DNA of 64,000 bases from Dicyema japonicum (lineage: Eukaryota > Animalia > Dicyemida), in assembly GCA_011109175.1 (NCBI GenBank), contig RDEW01000034.1, positions 242,140 to 306,139 of the forward strand, written 5' to 3'. The notes under the pieces are model-generated. The model had not been told where the DNA came from, searched no databases, and saw only the letters and a program-made list of their open reading frames with translations. Of the stretch, positions 25,700 through 36,696 are shown in pieces (the stretch's first letter is position 1; the number at the start of each line of letters is the position of its first letter). The position numbers were made by a program, and so were the translations under genes.

Positions 25700-27960
25700 G
25701 AGTATCATCCCTCAATATCTTCTGAGTCATGCCTCGTCCTTTGCAGGGAAGTTCCCCGTACCCTGCCACTGTTAACTCTCCTGCTAATTGTCCACCAGCC
25801 ACGGATCCCGAAACAATTTTGCGCCTTCCGCACCGGGATTTGATCGAGATGGTCACGAAGAAGAGTCTCTCGCTGCCGCCATGAGGACCAACATTCGTTC
25901 TTTTATGGGAGGAACTCATATCCCCAGTTGCCCCACATCTACTAACCATACGCGGGAGACACATAATCCGAACAAGGAAGTGAAAGTGCTCCGTCTCAAG
26001 AGAACTGTTCTTACGCAGTTAATCGAAGGTGGTACCCGCGCAGTCATCAGGGTATTTTTTTCAAGTGAACTTATAAAACCGACTCCCGGAGTCTACAACA
26101 TTTTGCTGAACAAGCACTCTCTGCCACCCCACAGCCAACTCCAATTGCTCCTCCAGCCGAATTGAGTCCCCATGAATGCATCAACGATGAGGTTCTCCTC
26201 GCAATACGGAACAGTGGCGTGCTAGACCGAATGAGACCTGGCCATCTGAAAGATCTAAATCTTTGTCAGAATGTGACCAGGAACTTCGTCCTAAGAATTC
26301 AATTACCTACTTATGAACCGGATTCTGTCTGGAGTACTTCCTGAAGTTGTCCGCCATGTTCTGTTCTTTACCAACTTGATAGCCTTAAATAAGAAGGGCG
26401 AAGGAGTACGACCGGATGTGGTTGGGTTTATCTCCATAAGGCTGGCTGTTAAAATTGTTTCAGACATTCTATTCCACTCGTCACACAAGATACTCCCTTT
26501 AGGATTCTGAGGTGATAAATTTAGCCGTCAGTTGCTGGATTGGAATTAAATTGCAGTAAATACGAAATCTACAATTGTGGACATATATAAAAGATGCATT
26601 AACATGCTTTGTCATCTTTCGCGAATTTACTAGCTGGAAGTATTTCCACGCCCTATAAAGTATTTCCACCTAATATGGATATTCATCAACCAGACAAAAA
26701 TATCCTTCACGAAGAAATTGAAAATCTCGGGGATCACCTCTGACATAAACATGTCCTATTTTCTCACTTAGAAGCATCTCCGGCAGCTGGTCGAGAAATC
26801 TAGGTATAATCAAATGTATTTTTGGTGGCACTAAGACTTTTTTTAAGGATTGAAATTTTTCTACAAACAATTCATTGAGCCATTTGTAGCTATGCTTGTA
26901 TGTCATGGGGAATCAACCTGTCATTGACGAATGAGCAAAAAATCATTGACATTTAGTTTTTGACAGCCATTACTATTAATAATTTCGAGAAACTAGAAAA
27001 ACTATTCGCCTAATCACTTGAAGACCTTATCCGACGAAATAAATTTGGCTTCCTGTGCAGGCAGGGCAACTCCCACAGTACACATCCATGACGTGTTTAT
27101 GAGAAGGGTATACATCACCCCTCTCCGATTTCTATTCCCCAAATCATCTTGCACACAGTTAAGTTGCGTTGGGTCCTAGAAGGCGCACAAGGAGAAAATG
27201 AGAAATTTGATTGAGGCCTTCGAGATCTAGCGATTCTGTAACTCTCCATACCTTAAATAGCCGATTCATGATTGATAGATGAACTGCAAACCCCATTCAA
27301 TAGTGACGGCTGTCGAGTAGTAGTAGTGTCAGCCAGTAATTTATGTAACTTACACCCTGATACACTTTCGCTCTCGCATCTTGCAAGCGCCATAGGCGGA
27401 ACCCTAAGTATTAATGTGTTTATGGGTAAGGCGGGAGTGCATTTAACTAGCCTCTAATGCTCAATTCATTAATTTAATGATGGAAGATTATTCCTGGAAA
27501 TGTCACCTAAAAAATTATTTGTGACACTCTTTACGTCTTACAGACAACAATATACAAGGAACCTAAGACTACGATTAATGATGTGACAATCCATTTTACA
27601 GCTACAGAAATCATTAATCCAAGGAAGAAATCCAAGTTAGAACATCTGCCTGTGCCGACCAAATTCATTTTCCAAATAGTCCATTACAGGCCTTATCTTT
27701 AGAAAGAGGTAGCAAGTAGGTCCGTCCTCTGCCATTTTTATCACACGTCTTACTTCGCGGACATCACTTCATTTTTAGGCAAAGAATTTTCATAATGGTA
27801 ACCTTCACCAGTGGAGTTGGTCAGGGAGAAGGCATGAAGGTCCTTTTCAACAACTATGTCGTGCTAGAAGGACTCCGGTTTACGAGAATTGACCTTTGTT
27901 AAAGAGTCCATCGGGTTAGACCTCACGGCAGTAAGATCCGATATCATCAGACGTTACTTT
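25700..27960 (+). mobile_element. CRE element 5' half (N-terminus and RT) in pieces, interrupting the dynein pseudogene
   Basis: GVLDRMRPGHLKDL, LNRILSGVLPEVVR..FFTNLIALNKKGEGVRP..VG..IRLAVK (25900-26510); further same-strand RT pieces at 26940-27270 and 27690-27960. Confidence 0.7.
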
Positions 27961-28054
27961 CAGCCAAGAGGGCCTAGTATCCTATTATTGTAGACAATCT
28001 TATTTTTATATAGATACTGGGATCAACAACAACAACACCAGAGATCACGATCAC

Positions 28055-28380
28055 ACAAACTAACTAATCACGTGATACCAGCACGCTCTAGCAAATGCCT
28101 CATCTTGGCCCGATGCTTCTCCCTCGTCCCCGCACAAGCACGTATCGGTCGAGTGACTAGACCTTCGCAGTCACGACGGCGCGATCCGTGGTTCATTCTT
28201 ATCAAGGCTTCAAGAGGCATTGGTGGCTGGAGTTCTCCAGAAATCTAGCGTTCAGTGACTTTGGAGGCTCTTCTTTCGGCTAGTTTCGATCTTCAAGACA
28301 TTCGTCTAAGAGATGAGTGTACCCATATATCGCATTCATAAGAGATGCATGGTTCAATAAATTGTTTATATACAGTTCCC
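28055..28380 (-). mobile_element. LINE RT C-terminal 3' end (family shared with 61200-61540)
   Basis: Close nucleotide homology to the reverse complement of 61200-61540; IYKQ..EPCISY motif. Confidence 0.65.
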
Positions 28381-28439
28381 AAAACAGAATGCTTTCCGAT
28401 CTTCTATAAGCCTGTGAGGCATTTCAGAACAATAGTTTT

Positions 28440-30140
28440 TTTTCGCATTTCGTAATTACGCTTTTAACATGGACAAGAATGACATATGCATGTCAAAAGT
28501 CACCCCAAAGATCCTTGGGATTTTCTATAAGGAATAGCTTCATTGTTTGCCTTTAGTTCGACCGTCCGTATTCCCAGTCTCTTGTCTGAAGTAAATAGGG
28601 TTGTGACAGACTTTTCACTGATAGTAGTTAGGCGATTCTTCGATAGCCATTTGTCAAGCCGGTCCAGATTTTCTTGCAATTTCAAAATGGCAATCTGGAT
28701 GTCTGATCGCGTGAGGCAATGACGATGTCATCGGCATAAGTTAGAATAATATTATTTTTGGAGTCTGGAGTGAAAGTCCGCCATGAATAGGTTGAATAAA
28801 ACTGAAGACAAAGGGAATCCTTGGGGAATTCCGTTAGGGAGAAGCCGTGAAGTAGACCTTGACTGGCCAATGCAGACGCGTCCCCTCCGATTACTAAGGA
28901 AGTTAGCTAGCCAGAGTTTGAGCTTTCCAGGGATCTTAGGTAAATTTTCCAAGTAAGAATCCGCCTTGACAGAGAGTCGAAAGCCTTGTGGATGTCTATG
29001 GAGCAAAGTATAATCTTCATGTGTCCCGGTCTGTGCGAGAAACCATATCGTAAAATTAGTCAATGCAGATAAGTGGGTCGAAGTAGACCTTTCCTTTTTA
29101 AAACCATGTTGAAATGACAAATCCAGAGGAAATTGATTTTCGCAAGAACCAGCCTTTCCAGAATTTTCGACACCGAGCACAATAACGCGAGCGGTCTGTA
29201 TGAAGCTGGGTCCTTCTTCATTTTACCGGGTTTCTAAATTGGACGTAAGTGGGCCAACTTCCATAATGCTGGAATACAATTTTTGTTAATGGAGTGATTG
29301 AATATCTTCGTTAATGCAGCGATTCCATAGTCTCCAGATTCTTTAGGAGGATCATTGGGATCTCATCCAGTCCGTTAGAATAGGCTGTTTTAATGGCTTT
29401 CAATGTATATCTCACGTCGTTTTCAGTGAAGTGAATCGTTTCCGGTTACTTTTTCGGTTTACTGAGATGTTTCGGGGTACATCCGACTTCTTATGGTCTT
29501 TATGGGATATTTTCACATAGTATTTTATTAGGTTGTTTAAGTCCTTTTGGCTATGGTTCACATCGGACGATCTTTCATCCCTCTCGAGGCGTCTCGGATG
29601 GTCTTCCAAATTACAGTAGTGGGTCTATTTCTATTCAACGAGGACAACACATGCTTCCATCTTGATATTTGTGCTCTTGCCTCCTGTTTTTTAGTTCATT
29701 GTTCAAAGCCTTCAAGTCTAGATTTATCCTCAGAAGTTAATCGGTCAGACTTTTTGAGTTTGTTTCTTTCCTTGGTTAATGTCGACCTGCCATATCCCCT
29801 GGTGTATTTTAGGTGGTGTTTAGGTACAGATAGTGATCTCGCGTCCAAGATAGTGCGGTTTACATAAGCGACTACTTTGTCCATGGAAGTAATACCATCC
29901 AGGTGCTGCAGTAGATTGTCAGTAAGTGTACGGTAATGTGTCCAATCTGCCCGTTTATCTTGCCTCTTACTCCATTGATATTCAGTTGAAGAACCGTGGT
30001 CCGTTTCTTGCGGTTGACTAAGGGTTCCTTTCGGGTAGATGAGGATGATAGAGCATGCCGCCGGGAAACAGTTTCCTCGGAGGTGGATGTCTAATGGTGC
30101 TCTTTGGAAGAGCATTAGGTGCTCTCTGGGAGTTACCAAA
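28440..30140 (-). mobile_element. Jockey/I-like LINE (APE C-terminus plus RT), degraded
   Basis: QHGFKKERSTST, WLANFLSNRRGRV, NGIPQGFPLSSVLFNLF, LTYADDIV, LQENLDRLDKWL, KRADW. Confidence 0.88.
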
Positions 30141-30286
30141 ATTTACAGAATCGGTGAACCACATAACGCCACTCTACTGAAAAACTTAATAAATTTGACT
30201 TTTTGGAGTTATTTAATGTTATTTATTTTATATATTTAAATAAAATTTAGTGTTAACTTTTTAAATTAAAATTAGTTTTATTGTCA

Positions 30287-31752
30287 TTAAATGCTTTCTA
30301 TCGTTTCTTTAATGATTAAAATAGCTTCCAATAATTGCTCCTCTGTAATAGTCAATGCCGGTGTAAATCTAATTTTATCCACGTGGGTCGTTTTTGTGAG
30401 AATTCCATTTATCATTAATTTCCTGCAAATTTCATCTGCGTTGTATTCTATGAATTAAGCGGACATTTCGACTTTCATCGATCACGATTCCATTAAGAAG
30501 ACCTTTGCCACGGACAGTTTTTATATATTTTGGGTCGATCTTGTTCATTTCCCGTCTAAAATTTGTCCGAGGTATTCAGCTTTCTCAGCGAGGTTTTCTT
30601 CTTCGATGACCTAACAAAAATAGTGATCACATCTACCTTCAAAGCTTCTAAGGAAACTTTACATGCTAAAGGATTCCCCCCAAATGTGGATCCATGAGTC
30701 CCGGGTTTCAAGGTCAGCATTATTTCGTCATCGGCTAGAACACACGATACCTATTTGAAGGTTATAGACGAGGAAATTACTGGTAAAAATCCACCAGCCA
30801 GGGATTTCCCCAAAATGAGAATATCTGGTCTCACTTTCTCATGGTCAACGCAGATTCGCCAAAATTTTGTCAAATTCAAAATACTTGCCAGTTCTCCCAA
30901 GTCCAGTTTGGACTTCGTCCGCGATAAATAAGACGTTGTTCCTTTTCGTTATTTCCCGTACTCCTTTGAGATACCCTACTCGAGGGAGTCACGATTCCAG
31001 CTTCTCCCTGAATAGGCTCAACCATAAATGCGCACACATATGGATCTCTGCAAGCTCTCTACCAAATAAAATGTCCCCGAGTACTTCTAAGCTTTCCAAG
31101 TCGTCGTAGGGGATCATAACATTTCCAGGTATATAAGGACCGAACTCTTCATAGCACACAGGATCGCTAGATGAAGATAAAGCTGCTAAGGTCCTCCCCC
31201 AAAAATTATTTAAAGTGAAAATTATTTTGGCTTTATCCTTCGGTATTTTTTTGATTTGATACCCCCATTTTTTAGCCAATTTGCAAGCGGTTTCTCCTCC
31301 CTCACTTCCTGGATAATGATTTGGGTCAAATACCTGAATTCATAGGCAAAACCTTGTCATAACCAAACAAGTTGGTTATGTATTCCGAATATTCTGAATA
31401 AATGTTGTTATGAAAGGCACGAGATGTGAGAGTGAGAGTATTCGCTTGCTCAGTTATCGCCTTCACCAACCGAGGGTGGCAGTGTCCTTGATTCATGGCG
31501 CCGTATCCACACAGGAAGTCGTAATATTGCTTCCCAAACGTGTCCCATACATAAGGCCCTGCAGTGATAATTGGAGAGGACCTTTTCCCTCCTTAATTAC
31601 TACTCGTTGTGGAGCATAATTGTGAGCAATATATTTATCTACCATTTGAATCAGATGTGTGTCCTCTTTGTAGATTATTCCGTTTCTCACAGAAGAGACT
31701 GTTTGAAACGAATTAATTTACCCTTTTTCGAAAATTTCCTTAAAAAACACAT
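30287..31752 (-). CDS. OAT: Ornithine aminotransferase (mitochondrial, class III PLP aminotransferase), 9 exons
   Basis: Spliced translation gives [93 protein letters not shown] (PLP Lys)..[35 protein letters not shown]. Introns at 31699-31721, 31559-31581, 31309-31333, 31059-31084, 30860-30884 (GT..TG), 30751-30780, 30611-30636 and 30448-30472. One 1-nt frameshift in the run at 30558-30561. Start ATG uncertain (in-frame upstream ATGs exist). Confidence 0.93.
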
Positions 31753-31959
31753 TTGCTTCAGCTCGGATAATAAAACCAACATAATTTGCTTTAAATAGGC
31801 CGAACCGAGAATGTGTCTATTAAATAATATATCCATAACTTTCCTAGAATTAATTGTTTTTACACAGAAATTGTGATATTTATACGAAATCCAGTTTCCG
31901 TGGTCGCAGAAGCAGGCATCTTCCAATATTAAACAAAAATCCATCTAGAATCGGCAAAA

Positions 31960-32060
31960 GGGAGTTAAACATCAAGGAATCTCTTCAATTGAGTGGCGGA
32001 AAACAAATGATCGTTTTACACTGGGAGTATCTGAGACTGGTGGATCCCATAACACCACTC
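31960..32060 (+). mobile_element. CRE 3' fragment
   Basis: ctgagactggtggatcccataacaccact matches 57371-57400. Confidence 0.5.
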
Positions 32061-32329
32061 TAGTAGAATGAGGGGAGATATGGAACTGAGCATACACAAG
32101 CACGTTACGGAGGTATAACCGGATCCATGTAGTTGAACAGGAACGCTCCTCGGTTTACGGATTAGAGATTCCAGAGGCACTGGAGAGAAAACCTTCCTAG
32201 AAGTCAATCTCCCTTAAACTCTGAATTCCCTTTTCTGGTTAGCTTTAGTCTCCACAAAAATGCCCAATGGACCCTATGAGGCGTATGTGTATGGAATGCA
32301 TAGTTATATGTACGACTTGTCGACGGTCT

Positions 32330-32730
32330 AAGTATATATGTGTTTTGGCCTACACCCCTCTCTGCAGGAAGAGTGCAGCAGATCTGCCAGATATATGGCT
32401 TTGAACGAAGTCGTTAGGTGAGCTTTGGACGCCGCTGGACACCTTCCATGCTCGAACCAGTCGATCTTTGCAGCCGTGACGGATAACGACCAGATGGGAT
32501 GACCATCTTCCCCTTTGAAGCCAGGAAACCTCTTGTCTGTGACGTCTTCCCTTTGCAACCTATCCAGAGCCTGTTCTGCCGTTGAGAAAGCCGAGAGGTT
32601 GAAACGGGAAATATACGCGGTCCTACCCAAGGATTTTTTATTGGTCCATTCGTCGTTGAAACGTCTGGTTCCCTTGGCCTGCGACACTGGAATTCTTGAG
32701 TCTTCTAGGGCAGGAGTCGGCAACTGTGGC
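32330..32730 (-). mobile_element. CRE zinc finger/RLE fragment
   Basis: Degenerate G.H..SC..SKGR..RH..LN..I...L....SCRE motif. Confidence 0.6.
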
Positions 32731-33769
32731 TTGAGTTTTTTATGTGACTCTTATTGAAATTGATTACTTACATCCCATTAAAAACATTCTCAAGATAGTG
32801 TTCTTCTTCCAAAATGTTTTTTATTTATTTAAATTATTACATATTTTTGAATATTTTTATTGAAGAAATTTTACTCGCTTAATCACAAATTATGTTTGAC
32901 TCTTCAGTAAAGTGTTTAATTAAAAAAATAAGTAAAAAACGGATAGAAAACATCTTTATAAACTTCAATGGACTGAGATTTTTTGCCATCATATCAGATG
33001 ACTTTCCATAATGTCTTTTTTGCCACGGAAAATTCAACCAGAAGAAAAAGTCAAATCTGGAGAGACACTAATTCAAAGCACGGTAATTTTTCAAGAAAAT
33101 ATCCAATGTTAAAATTGAAACTTCAACATTTAATTATTGGAAACAGTCTGCCAGGACTTATAATATCGGAAGCTTCATCGTCAGTCATGAGATTGCAAAA
33201 TTTAGAATATCATTCGCGGATGGTGAATACATCAAATCTTGTTTTCTAAAATAGTCACAACAATTATTTCAAAATTGTACGAATAAAACAGATTTTAAAT
33301 CAAATTAAAAAATACATAGTTATCTGCAAAACAATTGCGAATTGTCTTAATAAGATATCATGTGGCGAGTCAAATTACTGATGTTAATTTGTAATCTTGT
33401 CTTAAGTTCAAAATGACAAGTCACAAGCCAGACATAACATTATTGGCGAAGGAAATGCAGGGTCAATTATCTCATTAATTTGATTAAATATAATTGTCAA
33501 CGTCCGTATGTGGAACTCAACAAAAACCAATCAAAATAAAAATTAGTTATCAAGATAATTCAGATTTTTCTAGTTGAATGTTGTAATTTTTAGTTAAAAT
33601 CGGTAATATTTTCAAAACATAAAATAGCAAAAAACCAGTCAATATGAATAGAGTGTCATTTTAATTAAATTTTATTATTCATAATTAACAAAAAACTTTA
33701 TTAATATTTAAAAATAATAAAAAATGAAGACTTACCTATGACACATATTCTCAAATTATTACGAATTTT

Positions 33770-33900
33770 CCCTAGACTCTAGGGAATCGGATTTCTGCAC
33801 GAACAAGAGATCCCCGTGAGTTCAACTGGTTATTTGAGCGAATCTCGCTCGCCATCCTGAGAGGGAATAGTCACCAGATCAGGACGCCCGTTTGACTTTT
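33770..33900 (+). mobile_element. CRE extreme 3' end abutting dynein part 2
   Basis: LGNRISARTRDPREFNWLFERISLAILRGNS, then an AT-rich tail. Confidence 0.85.
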
Positions 33901-33944
33901 GTTCATTCTATTTTGTCATTAGTAAAATTTTGTTTTAAAATTTA

Positions 33945-36300
33945 TCAAATTCAAGCAGAAACGCCGTAAATAAATTATTCTTGATTGTGGCATTAATCCA
34001 ATGTGGATCGAATCTATGAATATTGTAATGAATCATAACAAAGTGATCATTTACTATATTTTAGATGTTATCTTTGCTTAGCAATGAGAAAATTTCATTA
34101 AAACTTCAATGCGAATGATCTTTGAAATTTTTAACCTCAAAACTACAACCCAACGACTGTCTCGAAAGCTGGGATCCAGTTTATTTACCCCGGTGACGTG
34201 GGGCGGTCTCCTAATGTGAACAGTTGGATCGAGGCTAGAGAGGTTCAGACCGAAAAGGCAAATCTGACAACTCTGTAATACAAATTTGTCCCGACTTATT
34301 TGGAAACACTGAGGACCCGATTCAAAAAGATAACCACAATCTCGGATATTGCACCCGTCCAGGTTCAACTTCAAATCGATCCTTTAGATACTTTACAGTT
34401 TACTGGAAATTATGCTGACCCCCGAGAACACCACCCTGGACTGTTCAAACGAACTCTACGAGATATACTCTGTGTTTTCTTGCGTCTGGGCGTTTTGAAG
34501 TTATCTGTTCCAGGATCAACATGACTGAGATATATGTGAATAGCTTACTGACTACCGAGTCGAATTTTCATAGTGGTAGTCCAAGGAATTTAAGCAGATA
34601 AAGTTCCTAACGACAGGAATTCTGTTCGACTACTTCATTGACAATAAGACCTGAAATATGAGCCTTGGAGTAAGTTGATAACAAAATTTGAACTCGATTC
34701 TGACCCAACTCTTCAGGTTCAAACACAGGAAACAGTTAGAATTCTGAGGTTCCTCAACAAATTGATGGAGATTCGACGTTGAAGCTGCCGGGACCGGGAA
34801 GAGTTGTATGCGGAATAAACTGAAAGAACTCTCTGACGACTTTCTCGTGGCAAATGTTCTGTTCAAATTTTACACGACGTCGGAAAAGCCCCTGGAAAGA
34901 AGGCTGGATGGACCTCCTGGGTTGAAGAGACTCATTTACTTTGATGACCACATGAACATGCCTGAGGTAGATAGCCAACTTAAAGTAAGTCTGTTCAGCT
35001 CTACCAGAGATGTAGTATCAAAAACGACCCACAATTTTTTACTGACTGATGCTCAGGTAGACAAATAAACTAGACTCTTAGATCCTCGAAGAACAGTTCC
35101 TGGTTTTGATTAACGATCTACTGTCGACTTGAGAGATTCCCGATCTCTTTACAAACGATGAATACGAGACACCCATCTCTGGAGTCCGCAATGAATGCAA
35201 ATTAACAGTAATGATGGACACAAGAAAAAACTGCTGGAACAAGATCGTTAGGAAGGTTAGAAGAATCTTAAAGGTGAGCACGTGGAATTAGTGAAATAGA
35301 CTATACTGTGCTTTTCTCCACTCGGAATAAGTTGAGAGTCCACGAATGGCCGGAAGATGTCATGATTTCCGTCAGTTACAGACTCCTAAGTGAGGACGAG
35401 CTTTTGACGAATCAATTGGCCGAGAATGTCTCAAAACTCATGGCATTTGTCCACAAATCTGTTAATGAAATCAGCCAACAAGATTAAGCCAAAGAGAAAA
35501 GATATACAACCACCACCCAAGTAATTCTTAGAGTTGATAAAGCTATACCAGGCTTTACTGAAGTATCACCACAGGGAAAATGGGCATTAAAAACTTAAGA
35601 GTACCTCATAACTAGTCTATGATCTGAAGGAAGTTAAATTGACCATAAAGAAAAAACGGGAACAAACTAATCCAAGTAATGGGTGCTGAGTGTGGTGACA
35701 AAGTCTCTACCACCGAATCACAAGAGTCGAGTTAGTCTATCCTCAGCCAAGCTAATCGACTATATCAAGTGATAATAACTGTATGTAGACAATATCACTA
35801 AGTGACGCATGTTGATTTAGTCTAAGACGTCATTAGGTGACTAGAAGCCTTTAGTATATGGAGGAGGTCTCAACTCTCTAAAACTTGAAATCAATAGCCA
35901 TTAGGAAAAAAGTAAATGTGGTTGTTCTAAGAAAACCTAGTTTTACAGCACGGTCAGGTACACCAAAACAAAAAACCTCGGACATCTATTTTATTTAATT
36001 GTTCTCATTTTAGCCATAATAGATTTTCATTAATCTCAGACACAAAAATCTGTCTCTCAAGAAATGGGATATTAAATAAATCTACCAGAAGACCTTACAT
36101 CCTCTATAACGAACGACATGAGAATACAGCATTGTAGTTCTCTTGAAATCGATAAAGTGGATCGATGGTTATATTTTGTTAGCTTTTACAAAAAATGAAA
36201 ATCCTCTAGTTTAATCTGTGTCATGAGCCAAAGAAAATCTTCAGTATTGAAAATCTAAATTCTAACCGTAATCTCAGCAAAGCACGAGAAAATGGGATCA
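33945..36300 (+). pseudogene. DNAH: Dynein heavy chain pseudogene, part 2 (rest of AAA2, parts of AAA3/AAA4, stalk and AAA5 remnants)
   Basis: INPMWIESMNIVMNHNK|MLSLLSNEKI (22-nt intron 34043-34064), TVSKAGI, NSWIEAREVQTEKANL, LRTRFKKI, AAGTGKS, KPLE..GPPGLKRLIYF..MNMPEVD, LLTDAQ|..FLVLINDLL..EIPDLF (25-nt intron 35057-35081), LCFSPLG (26-nt intron 35274-35299), HEWPE, MAFVHKSVN. Large internal deletions. The last ~600 bp is only weakly recognisable. Confidence 0.85.
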
Positions 36301-36319
36301 CTTAATTAAAAAATTCCCT

Positions 36320-36660
36320 TTCTTACCTCTGATGGCGTCATTGGATCCACCTTATAAGGAGACTCCCAATGCCTGGCCGGCATTCAAAAGGATCCAACTA
36401 TTCATTCATGGGGACAATTTCGTTCCTTGTCGACGAGTTCTGAAATCGACCTCAACTCCATGGATGACGCCCTCTGGATCACTGTTCTTGAGGAAGGTCT
36501 TGCTGGAACGCGTCAGCATCAAGGAATTAGTTAGTTTGGTTTTATCCGTGGTCTTGAGGCAATTTTGTTTATTTATGAGATATGCCAAAATTCTTATCAC
36601 GTGGGATGGTGCGTTAATAAACAAATCAAAAAGGTCACACGTGACATGGAAAGCTCGTTT
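36320..36660 (-). mobile_element. NeSL/Utopia-like RLE 3' end (copy 1 of 4)
   Basis: Homologous copies at 40320-40700 (-), 51440-51690 (+) and 60750-60990 (+). The terminal SNDAI(R/K)W/G motif resembles the NeSL/Utopia C-terminus; clade call tentative. Confidence 0.5.
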
Positions 36661-36696
36661 ATAATATTTAAAATAAATAAATGAATAATTTTAATA

